Below, piece by piece: positions 1 through 9,959 of a stretch of DNA of 64,000 nucleotides. The stretch spans positions 96,001-160,000 of the forward strand of contig JAXMOL010000009.1 in NCBI GenBank assembly GCA_034669905.1, read 5' to 3'. Origin of the DNA: Candidatus Hydrogenedentota bacterium (GTDB taxonomy: Bacteria > Hydrogenedentota > Hydrogenedentia > Hydrogenedentales > JAEUWI01). Positions within the stretch are counted from its first letter, which is position 1; each line of letters opens with the position of its first letter. The notes beneath the pieces were generated by a model. The model saw only the letters and a program-made list of their open reading frames with translations. It made no database searches and was not told where the DNA came from. The translations under genes were made by a program, and so were the position numbers.

Positions 1-70
1 GGTTATGGTGAAGGCATCCGGCTAACAGACCGGTGACGAGCATGACAATCATGAAACGATAACGGTACAA
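1..70 (-). CDS. Lipoprotein, N-terminal fragment (runs off window start)
   Basis: Manual translation from TTG at 70: MYRYRFMIVMLVTGLLAGCLHHN; basic N-region, hydrophobic stretch, LAGC lipobox; GAGGTG upstream. Confidence 0.6.
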   Translation of the reverse strand, partial: MYRYRFMIVMLVTGLLAGCLHHN

Positions 71-331
71 TCCTGGCACCTCAAAAGTTGAACTTCACCT
101 GCACAACGGAACTCCTGCTCCGTCGTGTTGGCGTATTCTGTGCCGAAATACCCACACCGGCCACGCCTTACTTCGATTATATACCATCGTGTAAAGAAAT
201 ATCGAAAGAGAATGGTAGTGGATGACATTGTACCCCCAAGTGCGGTGAATGTATTCCCACAGGGGTCCCCTCAATGGAAACTCGTGGGCGTGTAGATTCC
301 CCATAACCTGAAATACAACAAGGAGATGAAC

Positions 332-1276
332 ATGTTAACTCGTATGGTACCGCTGGCGCTCAGCGTAGGGGCGCTGCTCTTACTTCCCGCCGCCGCCCTC
401 GAATTGGGGGATGCCGCGCCCGACCTGAGCGTGGGTGGGGTGGTCAAGGGCGAGCCCGTAAAAACCGATCTGAGCGAACTCGGCGAGGTATACGTCGTCG
501 AATTCTGGGCCACCTGGTGCGGCCCCTGCCGTCAAAGCATTCCCCATTTGACCGAGTTGCAAGAGAAGTTCAAGGACAAAGGGGTCCGGGTCATTGGATT
601 CTCCGATGAGAGCGAGGAGCAGGTGAAGGGCTTCGTCGACGACATGGGCGAGCAAATGGATTACACCGTTGCCATCGACAAAGGCAAGAAAACGTGGGAA
701 AGCTACGCGGGGCCCTTTGGCGTTACCGGCATTCCCCATGCCTTCGTGGTAGACCGTAGTGGAACCCTCGTCTGGCAGGGTCACCCCATGGCGGGACTGG
801 ACGAAGTGGTGGAAAAGGTCGTCGCCGGCAACTTTGATCTTGGTGATGTCCGCGAACGGGCCAAAATGGAAAAAATGCGTGAGGAGATGAGTGAACTCAC
901 CATGCTTTGGGCCCAGGAGTACATCGTGCTGGCCCGCTATGGACGCAACACGGACGAGGCCGATGCGGTCGCAAAGAAGCTCCTGGAGAGCGGCTACGAT
1001 GACCCGGTCTTTTTCGGACAGGTCGCCTGGACCCTCTTCAGCAACGAAAACCTGGCCTATAAGAACGATGCATTCGCCATGGCCCTCGCCAAGCGTGCAA
1101 ACGAATTGGCCGAAGGCAAGTCGGCCGATATTCTCGACACCCTGGCGCTCGGTCTCTTCAAGGCCGGTAAGAAGGAAGAGGCCATCGCGACGCAGAAAAA
1201 GGCCATCGAAATCTGCGACAACGACGAACTTCTGGCGCAACTGAAAGAACGGCTTGCACGGTACGAAGGTTCCTGA
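332..1276 (+). CDS. Exported TlpA/ResA-family thiol-disulfide oxidoreductase with C-terminal TPR-like helices
   Basis: Signal peptide, EFWATWCGPC motif, cis-Pro GIPH loop; AGGAG at 321-325 favours ATG 332 over 326. Confidence 0.85.
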   Translation: MLTRMVPLALSVGALLLLPAAALELGDAAPDLSVGGVVKGEPVKTDLSELGEVYVVEFWATWCGPCRQSIPHLTELQEKFKDKGVRVIGFSDESEEQVKGFVDDMGEQMDYTVAIDKGKKTWESYAGPFGVTGIPHAFVVDRSGTLVWQGHPMAGLDEVVEKVVAGNFDLGDVRERAKMEKMREEMSELTMLWAQEYIVLARYGRNTDEADAVAKKLLESGYDDPVFFGQVAWTLFSNENLAYKNDAFAMALAKRANELAEGKSADILDTLALGLFKAGKKEEAIATQKKAIEICDNDELLAQLKERLARYEGS

Positions 1277-1308
1277 CCTTCCACCGAGCATGATGCAATG
1301 ACTTCGCC

Positions 1309-1354
1309 CCGCCCGGGATGTCCTGAAAGGGATTTTTCCGGGCGGCGTCTTTTT
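1309..1354 (+). terminator. Intrinsic terminator
   Basis: CCGCCCGGGA...TTCCGGGCGG stem followed by TCTTTTT. Confidence 0.65.
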
Positions 1355-1478
1355 GGCCCGTGTATCTGTTTTGTGGCGGGTCTCAAATGCTATTATCAGG
1401 GCCGGTTTGACCCCTCCATCTCCCATGGAACGGCAGGTCTTCAGGCCCAACCCCAAAACGCATTCCAGCAGGTTTCTT

Positions 1479-2135
1479 ATGCACTTAGCCGAAGGTATCG
1501 TGACTTCACCCCTGGTTCTTGGTGGCGGCGTTCTCCTCGCGGGGGGCGGTGTGGCCATGGGCCTGCGGAAACTCGATGAAGCCCATGCCCTGCGCACCGC
1601 CGTCCTTGGCTCCGGGTTCTTTGTGGCGTCGCTGGTGCACATTCCCCTTGCGGGCGTCAGTGTCCATCTCACACTCACCGGTCTACTGGGTATCGTGCTC
1701 GGGTGGGCCGCCTTTCCGGCCGTGCTGATCGGGCTCGTGCTCCAACTGGTGCTTTTCGGTTTCGGAGGTATCACTACCCTGGGACTCAATACCTGTATCA
1801 TGGCCCTGCCAGCCGTCGCCGTGTACTACGCCCGTAACGGGCTCTCTGGCACGAAGTCGGGCAAGGTGCCGTCACCATGGCTCTCCGGCCTGCTCGGTGG
1901 CGTGGCCGTGGCCTTATCGGCCCTCCTGCTGGGTCTGATACTCTGCACCGCCGGGGAAGACTTTTTTGCCATCGCAGGGGGTATTCTGCTGGCACATATC
2001 CCCGTCATGCTTGTCGAGTCCGGCGTCACGGCTTCGGCAGTAGGATTCCTTCACAAGGTAAGCCCCGAATTGTTATCCGGCCATGCCCTCGAAGACGATA
2101 CGGCCACGGAGGAGTCACCCGTCTCATGCGATTGA
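1479..2135 (+). CDS. cbiM: Co/Ni ECF transporter substrate-binding component CbiM/NikM
   Basis: N-terminal MHLAEG metal-binding motif fixes the start at 1479; FFVASLVH...SVH, GGITTLGLN and LAH motifs; multiple TM helices. Confidence 0.9.
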   Translation: MHLAEGIVTSPLVLGGGVLLAGGGVAMGLRKLDEAHALRTAVLGSGFFVASLVHIPLAGVSVHLTLTGLLGIVLGWAAFPAVLIGLVLQLVLFGFGGITTLGLNTCIMALPAVAVYYARNGLSGTKSGKVPSPWLSGLLGGVAVALSALLLGLILCTAGEDFFAIAGGILLAHIPVMLVESGVTASAVGFLHKVSPELLSGHALEDDTATEESPVSCD

Positions 2136-2698
2136 TTGCTATCACGTTGACCGGCCTCATCGTGCTCGCCGTGCCGTTGCGCGCGCAGGCCCACGGTGTC
2201 GATCTCTTCGCGCGGGTAGAGGGGGCCAATCTCGTGGGTTCCATGGCCTATGCCGATGGAACCCCGGTTGCTCACCGGCCGGTAAAGGCCTTCGCGCCCG
2301 ACGGTGCCCTCCTGGAAGAAACCCAGACAGACGATGCCGGGCATTTTACCCTGCCCATTCGTGCCAAGGTGCGCCACCGATTAATCGGAGAAGCCGGGGA
2401 GGGGCACCGAGGTCTTTACACGGTGCCGGAATCGGAATTTCTGGGTGCTTCTGTCGCCATGGAAGGGGATGCCGTTGTGACCGACGGCGGCGGGATGTCC
2501 AGCGAGGATACCCCCGTTACCATGGAGACGGTCGAGTCGGTGGTGGCCCGGCAGTTGGGACCCCTCCGCGATCAGCTTCATGCCCATGAGAAAAAGGTCC
2601 GGTTGCAGGATGCTATCGGAGGCATCGGCTACGTCTTCGGCGTCCTCGGGCTCTATGTCTTGCTCCGGCAGCGTCTCGCCCGCGGGGGCTCCCGCTGA
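2126..2698 (+). CDS. Accessory Co/Ni transport subunit (CbiL/NikL-like), signal peptide plus C-terminal TM anchor
   Basis: AQA-H signal cleavage exposing His; TDDAG beta-sandwich motif; DAIGGIGYVFGVLG C-terminal TM; located between cbiM and cbiQ. Confidence 0.7.
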   Translation: MRLIAITLTGLIVLAVPLRAQAHGVDLFARVEGANLVGSMAYADGTPVAHRPVKAFAPDGALLEETQTDDAGHFTLPIRAKVRHRLIGEAGEGHRGLYTVPESEFLGASVAMEGDAVVTDGGGMSSEDTPVTMETVESVVARQLGPLRDQLHAHEKKVRLQDAIGGIGYVFGVLGLYVLLRQRLARGGSR

Positions 2699-3448
2699 AT
2701 GGATATTATCCTTTTCAACGACAAAGGATCGTGGGTCCACCGTCTTGACCCCCGTGCCCGTCTCATCGGTGCGACCGTACTGACCGTAGTTTTGTCGCAG
2801 ATAGACCATATTGCGGTCTTGGGACTCGGATGTGTCATCGGCGTGGCGGGATTGTGCTTCGCACGGGTGCCCCTGGCGGCTTCCCTGCAGCGTCTGGTAC
2901 CCCTCAACGCGCTGACAGGATTCCTGTTTGTGGTGCTTCTTTTTGTGACGCCCGGTGATGTCCTGTTTCGCATCGGCTCCGTCGACGCCAGCGCCGAGGG
3001 GCTACACCGTGCTTCCGTGATTCTCTTCAAGGCAAACGCCATCGTCCTGCTGCTCACCAGCCTCGTGGGAACCATCGAGTTCGTCGCCTTGGGCCGCGCC
3101 TTGGAGCAATTGCGTGTGCCGACGAAGCTCGTGCATATCTTGCTCTTCACCGTGCGCTATATTGACCTGATGCTGATGGAGTACGAGCGCCTTTCGCAGG
3201 CCGCATTGCTACGTGGCTTTCAGCCCGGAATCAACCGGCACACCTTGCGTACCACCGGCCACCTCATCGGAATGGTGTTGGTACGTAGCTACGAACGTGG
3301 CGGACGAATGGTGGAGGCCATGAAACTCCGTGGTTACGATGGTACCCTGCGCTGGGCACACCCCACGGCATTTCAGCAACGGGATCTCTGTTTCCTGACG
3401 GGGGTCGGCGGGATGGCGCTCCTCTTAATCGGCGTGGCGTGGCAATGA
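2699..3448 (+). CDS. cbiQ: ECF transporter T component CbiQ
   Basis: HRLDPRARL N-terminus, RYI, xRGF and AMKLRGYDG motifs. Confidence 0.9.
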   Translation: MDIILFNDKGSWVHRLDPRARLIGATVLTVVLSQIDHIAVLGLGCVIGVAGLCFARVPLAASLQRLVPLNALTGFLFVVLLFVTPGDVLFRIGSVDASAEGLHRASVILFKANAIVLLLTSLVGTIEFVALGRALEQLRVPTKLVHILLFTVRYIDLMLMEYERLSQAALLRGFQPGINRHTLRTTGHLIGMVLVRSYERGGRMVEAMKLRGYDGTLRWAHPTAFQQRDLCFLTGVGGMALLLIGVAWQ

Positions 3449-4080
3449 GTGAGCCCCTGATCGCACTTCAAGAGATAGCCTTCTCTTATCCGGGGGCGGA
3501 GCCGCTCTTCGAAGGGTTTGAGTTTTCCCTGTCGGCTGGCGACCGGGTGGCGCTCACGGGACCCAACGGGAGCGGGAAAAGTACGCTCCTTCATCTGATC
3601 ACCGGGCTCCTGCGCCCTCAGTCGGGGAAATTGTGGGCCTTCGGCAAAAACCGGACGCGCGAAAGTGACTTTCGTGAGGTGCGTCGGCGGGCCGGCTACT
3701 TATTGCAAGACAGCGACGACCAGCTCTTTTCGCCCACCGTGCTTGATGACGTGATGTTTGGCCCCCTGAATTACGGGCTGTCGCATGATGTGGCCCGGGA
3801 ACGGGCACGGCGCGTACTGTCGGACTTGGGATTGAGCGCCCATGAGGAGCGGGTGACCTATAAGCTCTCCGGCGGAGAAAAACGTCTGGTTGCCCTGGCC
3901 GCGGTGCTCGCCATGGAGCCCGATGTGCTCTTACTGGATGAGCCCACGGCCGGCCTGGATGTCAAGACGGAAGGGAGGCTCGTGGAGGTGCTGACCGGGC
4001 TGCCCCAGGATATCGTTCTGGTCTCCCACAATGCGGGCTTCATGGAGAGAATCGCCAACCGGGCCGTGGTTCTGGATTAG
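3445..4080 (+). CDS. cbiO: ECF transporter ATPase CbiO
   Basis: GPNGSGKST, Q-loop QDSDDQLF, LSGGEK, LLLDEPT; ATGA overlap with cbiQ stop. Confidence 0.88.
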   Translation: MSEPLIALQEIAFSYPGAEPLFEGFEFSLSAGDRVALTGPNGSGKSTLLHLITGLLRPQSGKLWAFGKNRTRESDFREVRRRAGYLLQDSDDQLFSPTVLDDVMFGPLNYGLSHDVARERARRVLSDLGLSAHEERVTYKLSGGEKRLVALAAVLAMEPDVLLLDEPTAGLDVKTEGRLVEVLTGLPQDIVLVSHNAGFMERIANRAVVLD

Positions 4081-4445
4081 CGGCAGTCGCGACACCGCCC
4101 ATAGATGAACACTTCGTGATCCTCCATGACGAACCCATCGGGTACGAGGCGCTCAAGATCACCGGGGCACCCATCCATTTCGAACATGCGCCCACATTGC
4201 TTACAACTGAAGTGGTGATGGTGATCTTTGCCAGCCAGTTCGTAGCGCTGGGGTTCGCCCGGTACGTCCACCACCATAACGGCGCCGGCTTCGGTCAGGC
4301 TTTTCAGCGTACGATACACGGTGGCCAGCCCCATCTGAGGGACCGCTGACTGTGCCCCTTCCAACAGTTCCTGGGGGGTGAGGGGGCGGTTTTCCTGATT
4401 GAAGACGCCCCGAATAGCCCGGCGCTGTGCCGTATCACGTTGCAC
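4077..4445 (-). CDS. Fur-family (Zur-like) transcriptional regulator
   Basis: T-x-QR, GLATVYRTL, HHHHFSCKQCG and C-terminal CRDC; GTG start at 4445 after AGGGG; divergent from the Zn ABC operon. Confidence 0.88.
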   Translation of the reverse strand: MQRDTAQRRAIRGVFNQENRPLTPQELLEGAQSAVPQMGLATVYRTLKSLTEAGAVMVVDVPGEPQRYELAGKDHHHHFSCKQCGRMFEMDGCPGDLERLVPDGFVMEDHEVFIYGRCRDCR

Positions 4446-4470
4446 GGTGAGGATTCCCCTTGCATATGTT

Positions 4471-4490
4471 ATTGATATTAATTTATCATT
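4471..4490. promoter_or_regulatory. Putative Fur/Zur-family operator
   Basis: AT-rich inverted repeat ATTGATATTAATTTATCATT (TGATA-N6-TATCA) between the divergent regulator and znuA. Confidence 0.6.
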
Positions 4491-4594
4491 AAAAGTGGCA
4501 ATAAAGGTACTCCCCACTATAACAAAGTCCCCGGTGACTTCGGAAGGGGCTTGGTACTTCGCAAAATTCTTTCGGTAGGGATGACCCAATTTCT

Positions 4595-5509
4595 ATGTTC
4601 CAGTATCTCCATCAGGCGGGCCGCGTGGTACGAAGCCTCGTACTCGTAGCGGCAGTAGCCGCGTCTTCTCTGGGGTGCCAGCCAACCGAATCACCCAAGG
4701 GGGACTTCGTCGCAACGATCCCGCCGCTCAAAATGATTCTCGACCCACTCATTTCGGGGCGAAAGACGGTGACTTCGCTGTTGCCACCCGGCGCTTCGCC
4801 CCATACCTTTACCTTGAGTCCCTCAGATGCCATTGCCCTGGAGTCCTCGGAGGCCATCTTTTATATCGATACTGAATTGGACGGTTGGGTGGTTGGCGTG
4901 GGAGGGGAGAAAGCCTGCGCCGTTTTGGATCTGGTGCCGGATACCTTCCGAATGGCCTACCCCGAGCTACTCGGCCATGGGCATGACAGCGTGCCCCATG
5001 GCGATACGAACCCCCATTTCTGGACGGACCCCCAAGCCGTTGCCGCATTGGTGCCCGGCCTGCTCCAGAAACTCATCGCGCTTGACCCCGAAGGCCGTGA
5101 CCACTACGAAGCCAATGCGACCGCCTTTCTGGCGCAACTGGCAAAACTGGACCAAACGATGCGCGAGCAGATGGAAGGGCTTTCGGACGTGCCGATCGTG
5201 GCGTTCCACCCTTCCTGGAGCTATTTTTGCGCCCGCTACGGGCTCGACGTGGTCGCCTATGTGGAGCCCATTCCCGGCAAGGAAATGTCGCCGCAGACCA
5301 TTGTTGCGATACGCAATCAGCTGGCCGGTGCCGAACGGGTACTGGTGCTTTCGGAAGTGCAGTTGCCCCGAAAATCAGCAGACGCCCTGGCAGAGGCCCT
5401 GGGGGCCACCGTTGAGGAGATTGACCCGCTCGGCGGGCGCGCGCCTCTGGCGGTGTACGAAGACTTGATCCTGCATAACGCGCAGAAATTGAAGGCGGCC
5501 CTGCAATGA
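4595..5509 (+). CDS. znuA: Zn/Mn ABC transporter substrate-binding lipoprotein (cluster A-I)
   Basis: SLGC lipobox-like, GASPHTF, His-rich loop GHGHDSVPHG, NPHFWTDP, FHPSWSYF. Confidence 0.85.
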   Translation: MFQYLHQAGRVVRSLVLVAAVAASSLGCQPTESPKGDFVATIPPLKMILDPLISGRKTVTSLLPPGASPHTFTLSPSDAIALESSEAIFYIDTELDGWVVGVGGEKACAVLDLVPDTFRMAYPELLGHGHDSVPHGDTNPHFWTDPQAVAALVPGLLQKLIALDPEGRDHYEANATAFLAQLAKLDQTMREQMEGLSDVPIVAFHPSWSYFCARYGLDVVAYVEPIPGKEMSPQTIVAIRNQLAGAERVLVLSEVQLPRKSADALAEALGATVEEIDPLGGRAPLAVYEDLILHNAQKLKAALQ

Positions 5510-6261
5510 GCGGACCCGTGATAGAGGCCAGCGACGTGTCCGTCGCATTCGGCGATCACTTCGCGCTCAAAGATGTCCATATCGCCGTGCCTCCGTCGTC
5601 CTTCACAGCGATTATCGGACCGAATGGCGCGGGGAAGAGTACCCTGTTAAAAGTGTTGCTCGGCCTTCTGGTACCCACCACAGGCCGGGTTCGGGTTTTG
5701 GGCGGTGCACCGGAAGCGCTGGACCGCAACGCGCTCGCCTATGTGCCCCAAAAGAAAACCTTTGCAACGCAATTCCCGGCGACCGTACTGGAACTCGTGG
5801 TCAGTGGCATCACCGGGGGGTGGCCCTGGCGTATATCCAAGGCCTATCGAGACCGGGCCCTGGCTGTTATGGAGCAGACCGGTGTGACGAACCTGGCCGA
5901 TCAGTCCGTGCGTGCCCTCTCGGGGGGCGAACTACAACGGGCCTTCCTCGCCCGCAGCCTGGTCAACACCCCGCAGATTCTTCTGCTCGATGAACCGGCC
6001 GCTGGCATGGATATGCGCGGGGAAGCGGCCATGTACCACATTCTCTGCGACTACCAATCGAAACAGGGTGCGACCGTCATGATGATCACCCACGACTGGG
6101 AGGGGGCCCGTTACCATGCCGACAAGGTGCTCCTCCTCGATCGCACCGTCGTAGACTACGGCCCCGCACGGGAAGTCGCCTCCGAGGAGCGGCTGCTTTC
6201 CTTCTTCGGACACCGAGGCCATGTGCATGCCACCCACGGAGAGGCAGCTCCTCATGCTTGA
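5506..6261 (+). CDS. znuC: Zn/Mn ABC transporter ATPase
   Basis: GPNGAGKST, AYVPQK, LSGGELQR, LLLDEP, THD; His-rich C-terminal tail. Confidence 0.85.
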   Translation: MSGPVIEASDVSVAFGDHFALKDVHIAVPPSSFTAIIGPNGAGKSTLLKVLLGLLVPTTGRVRVLGGAPEALDRNALAYVPQKKTFATQFPATVLELVVSGITGGWPWRISKAYRDRALAVMEQTGVTNLADQSVRALSGGELQRAFLARSLVNTPQILLLDEPAAGMDMRGEAAMYHILCDYQSKQGATVMMITHDWEGARYHADKVLLLDRTVVDYGPAREVASEERLLSFFGHRGHVHATHGEAAPHA

Positions 6262-7060
6262 GATGATGGCCTTTCCCTTCATGCAGCGCGCCTTCGTCGG
6301 GGGGCTGCTCATTGCCCTTATGGCCAGCTTTTATGGCCCATTTATCGTGCAACGCCGCCTCGCTTTTCTCGGTAGCGGACTCGCCCATGGAGCCTTTGGC
6401 GGGGTCGCCCTCGGTATGTTTCTTGGCCAGGAACCCCTACTGGTGGCCATCCCCTTCACGGTGCTCGTGGCCGTGGCCATCGTGTGGGTGCGCTCACGGA
6501 CGGATTTAGAGGCGGACACGGCCATCGGCGTCTTCATTTCCTTGTCCATGGCGCTGGGGATCGTTTTCCTCTACCTGCGCGAAGGCAATGCGACCGACGC
6601 CACCGCCTACCTCTTCGGGTCCATACTGGCCCTGAATTCCTACGATCTCTATCTCACCCTGGTAGCCCTGGCAGGCTGCCTGCTAAGTGTACCCCTATGG
6701 TCGCGTTGGGCCTATGCCACGTTTGATGAAACCCTCGCCCGGGTGGACCGCCATGCAGTAATGCGGGATGAGTACATACTACTCGTGTCGGTCGCGATTC
6801 TGGTGGTTATTTCGGTAAAAATCGTTGGGATTCTGCTGGTCTCGGCCTTTCTCGTGATTCCCGCCGCATGCGCCCGCCTTCTCTCCCGAAGATTTATTCA
6901 TATGATGTGGTGGACCCTGTTGGTCAACGCCGGTGGGGTGGTCGTAGGCTTGGTGGCGTCTTATGTGGCCAACGTGCCCAGCGGACCCGCAATCATCCTC
7001 GTACAGTCCGCAGCCTTTGGTTTGGCCTTCCTCTTCCGGCGGCTTGCAGGCACCCCCTGA
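6254..7060 (+). CDS. znuB: Zn/Mn ABC transporter permease (ABC-3)
   Basis: FMQRA, LAHGAFGG, YLFGSIL, VGILLVSAFLVIPAA, PSGPAII. Confidence 0.88.
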   Translation: MLEMMAFPFMQRAFVGGLLIALMASFYGPFIVQRRLAFLGSGLAHGAFGGVALGMFLGQEPLLVAIPFTVLVAVAIVWVRSRTDLEADTAIGVFISLSMALGIVFLYLREGNATDATAYLFGSILALNSYDLYLTLVALAGCLLSVPLWSRWAYATFDETLARVDRHAVMRDEYILLVSVAILVVISVKIVGILLVSAFLVIPAACARLLSRRFIHMMWWTLLVNAGGVVVGLVASYVANVPSGPAIILVQSAAFGLAFLFRRLAGTP

Positions 7061-7071
7061 CGCACGCGCGA

Positions 7072-9939
7072 CTATTCGGGGTCAGCTTCGACCTCATCCA
7101 AAATGCGGCGCACATGGTCGGCTATCACCCGGGGTGAGGTGGGCTTGAAGAGGAATTCCCGGACGCCCGCCTTCATCGCAATCTGCTCATTGACAGTGTC
7201 GCTGAATCCGGTGGCCAGAATGATGGGAAAGCCAGGCCGAATTTCACTGACGCGCCGGGCAAGTTCGAGCCCGGTAAGTTTGGGCATCGTCTGATCGGTA
7301 ATGATGAGATCATAGGCATCAGGATCCTCGCTGAAGGCTTCCAATGCATCCGCACCATTCCGAAATCCCGTGACGGCATAGCCCAGCGTGCCCAGACCGC
7401 GTTTCAGCATGGACACGATCGCTTCCTCATCGTCCACCACGAGAATGCATTCACTTCCGGAGGCCGCCGTGTCGACGCTACTGGCTTCGACGTCCAGCTC
7501 GGTTTCGAAGGGTGCGGCGGGAAAATAAAGGGTGAATCGGGTGCCCTCCCCGAGCGTACTATCGACCACGACCTTGCCCAGGTGGCTCTGTACGATCCCA
7601 TGCACCGTGGCCAACCCCAAGCCCGTGCCTTCGCCGACCCGCTTGGTCGTGAAGTAGGGTTCGAAAATGCGCTCCAGGGTTTTCTGGTCCATCCCATGCC
7701 CCGTATCTTCAATGGAAAGCTGGACGTAATCGCCCACGGATATCCCCTTGGGCTCCCCCTCTGCAATGTCCCGAATGGAGAGATCGACCAGCGAGACGGT
7801 CAGCGTGCCACCGTGCTCCCGCATCGCATGGTAGGCATTGGTACAAAGGTTCATGATGACCTGGTGAATCTCCGTCGAATCGGCCATCACCGGTGCGCAA
7901 CTGCGAATGTCTTGCCGGATTTGAATCGTTGAGGGCAGGGACCCCCGCAATAGTCGGAGCGCCTCCTTCAAGATCGAGGAAATGTGCACCGGCACCCGGT
8001 CCTGCTCGGAGCGCCGTCCAAAGGCCAGGATCTGCTGGACCAGCTCTGAGGCGCGTTTTCCCGCCGCAGAAATCTCACTCAGACTGAAATAGAGTTCCGA
8101 TCGGGGGTCAACCTCTGCCATGGCCAGTTCCGCATAGCCAAGGATGGGGCTCAACATGTTGTTGAAATCGTGGGCAATGCCGCCCGCCAACGTACCGATG
8201 GCCTCCATCTTTTGCGCCTGCCGCAACTTGCGCTCCAGTTCCACTTCGTGGGTCACATTCCGCGCTACGGAAACATAGTTGATGGTCGTGCCACGGCTGT
8301 CCCGGATGGCCGAGATGGTCGCTTCTTCTTCCGTAAGAAGCCCCGATTTCGCGCGGTTGGTGAAACGCCCCGTCCACACATCACCACGTGTCAGCGTTTC
8401 CCAGAGTTCGCGGTAGAACGCCTCGTCGTGTTTACCACTCTGAATCAGTCTGGGGGTCTTCCCAATGGCCTCGGCACGGCTGTAGCCGGTAAGACGCTCA
8501 AACGCAGGGTTGACGTATTGAATCGTGCCATCAGGCTCGGTGATCATAATCGATTCGGCCGCATACTCTACCGCTGCCGCCAGGCGCGATTGGGCCGCTT
8601 CGGAACGTTTGCGCTCAGAGATGTCGCGGGACACGCAGAGCAGACCAACAAATGAGCCCTCGTCGTCGGAGAGGGCGGAGAAGCTCGTTTCGGTGACTAC
8701 CAGATGCCCATCGCGGTGGCGCATCTCCAACTCCATGTTGGACAGGCTCCGCTGAATGGCCTGGGTGCCCCGGTTGAGCGCGGTGTTGAGGAGACTCCGT
8801 ACCGCACCGGCCGATTCATTGGACATGCCCTCTTCAAGTGTCTGAGTCATGGCCTCCGCCACGGTGTAGCCCCGCATCGGAAGGACAGAGGGGCTGATGA
8901 AGGTGGGCATGCCCTCGCTATCGATGGTCCAGATAATATCGGCCACGTTGTCGGCCAGGAGCCGATATCGCTGTTCACCTGCGGCAACCGCCTGCGCTGC
9001 CGCGGTACTCCGTAGAATCTCAGAACATACCGACGAGAGGAGGGAGGCCAGCTCACCATCCTGCTCGGTGAAGGGCTGCGATACCCCCCGAAAGAGTACA
9101 ATAACGGCCGTCAGGGCCTCCTGCTCGCCAAAAAGTGGAATCATCAACATGGATTCCGGCGTCATCGGCTCCCACCCATCGGGCAACAGTTCCGGCGTAT
9201 CCGAAGAGTTGCGCACCAACAGGGGCTTTTTCCCTTTGTTCAGGGAGGCCAGCGTGGTCCCGTTGATCGTGGCGCTGCAGCCTTGCGGGGAACCGTCCGT
9301 TGCCGTTGATTCGGTCGCACACATGCGCCCCTCACGCTCAACGAAAAGTCGACCCCGGTGTGCCCCAATGTCTCCAGTCGCCTCATATAACAAGAGGGGA
9401 AGGAGTTTTTCCAGGTCGGAGCAGGCCGTCAGGCGCCGCACCGATTCCACAATCGTGCGCAGGCGAACGGTGAGGGCTTCCAGCTCCCGGTTGCGGACAC
9501 TGAGGCGCCGTTCGGCTTCGGTCTTGTCTTCGCGAAGCACGATGGTCTCAAAGCATCGCGACAACGTGGCCAACAGGTCCGTCCCGTCAACGGGCTTGCG
9601 CAGGTAATTGTAGGCACCTTCCTGCAGCGCCTGAATCGCGGTCTCTACCGCCGCGTGGCCGGTCATCACCACACACAGGATGTCTTCCCGTTGCGCCTGC
9701 AATTGGGAAATGAGATCTATGCCACTGTCTCGCCCCAAACGGATATCGAGCAGGGCCACGTGGACCAATTGGGATTCGACATGGGCAATCGCATCGGCGG
9801 CGTTGTGGGCCAATGCGACGGCATAGCCTTCAGAATCCAGAATCTCGCCAATCGCGGCAGCGAAATCCCGATCGTCGTCCACGATAAGCACGCGCTTGCG
9901 TGCCCCAGTGTGTGCTACAGCAGTCACAGAGTTAGACAA
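7072..9939 (-). CDS. Hybrid sensor histidine kinase (REC-GAF-PAS-PAS-HisKA-HATPase-REC)
   Basis: N-terminal receiver VLIVDDD; two PAS/PAC; GGIAHDFNN H-box; DTGHGM, FTTK, GTGLGL; C-terminal receiver; no TM segments. Confidence 0.92.
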   Translation of the reverse strand: MSNSVTAVAHTGARKRVLIVDDDRDFAAAIGEILDSEGYAVALAHNAADAIAHVESQLVHVALLDIRLGRDSGIDLISQLQAQREDILCVVMTGHAAVETAIQALQEGAYNYLRKPVDGTDLLATLSRCFETIVLREDKTEAERRLSVRNRELEALTVRLRTIVESVRRLTACSDLEKLLPLLLYEATGDIGAHRGRLFVEREGRMCATESTATDGSPQGCSATINGTTLASLNKGKKPLLVRNSSDTPELLPDGWEPMTPESMLMIPLFGEQEALTAVIVLFRGVSQPFTEQDGELASLLSSVCSEILRSTAAAQAVAAGEQRYRLLADNVADIIWTIDSEGMPTFISPSVLPMRGYTVAEAMTQTLEEGMSNESAGAVRSLLNTALNRGTQAIQRSLSNMELEMRHRDGHLVVTETSFSALSDDEGSFVGLLCVSRDISERKRSEAAQSRLAAAVEYAAESIMITEPDGTIQYVNPAFERLTGYSRAEAIGKTPRLIQSGKHDEAFYRELWETLTRGDVWTGRFTNRAKSGLLTEEEATISAIRDSRGTTINYVSVARNVTHEVELERKLRQAQKMEAIGTLAGGIAHDFNNMLSPILGYAELAMAEVDPRSELYFSLSEISAAGKRASELVQQILAFGRRSEQDRVPVHISSILKEALRLLRGSLPSTIQIRQDIRSCAPVMADSTEIHQVIMNLCTNAYHAMREHGGTLTVSLVDLSIRDIAEGEPKGISVGDYVQLSIEDTGHGMDQKTLERIFEPYFTTKRVGEGTGLGLATVHGIVQSHLGKVVVDSTLGEGTRFTLYFPAAPFETELDVEASSVDTAASGSECILVVDDEEAIVSMLKRGLGTLGYAVTGFRNGADALEAFSEDPDAYDLIITDQTMPKLTGLELARRVSEIRPGFPIILATGFSDTVNEQIAMKAGVREFLFKPTSPRVIADHVRRILDEVEADPE

Positions 9940-9959
9940 CCTCTAACGTTCCATTCAGG

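Noticed and set aside
1277..1478. Cobalamin or NiCo riboswitch upstream of cbiM
   Set aside because: No B12-box or recognisable conserved core; the main structure is the upstream gene's terminator. An Rfam scan would settle it.
380..1801. 473-aa antisense ORF, and similar long ones (49467..51959, 52296..54011, 38284..39696, 25142..26467)
   Set aside because: Shadow frames of well-supported genes in GC-rich DNA; no recognisable motifs.
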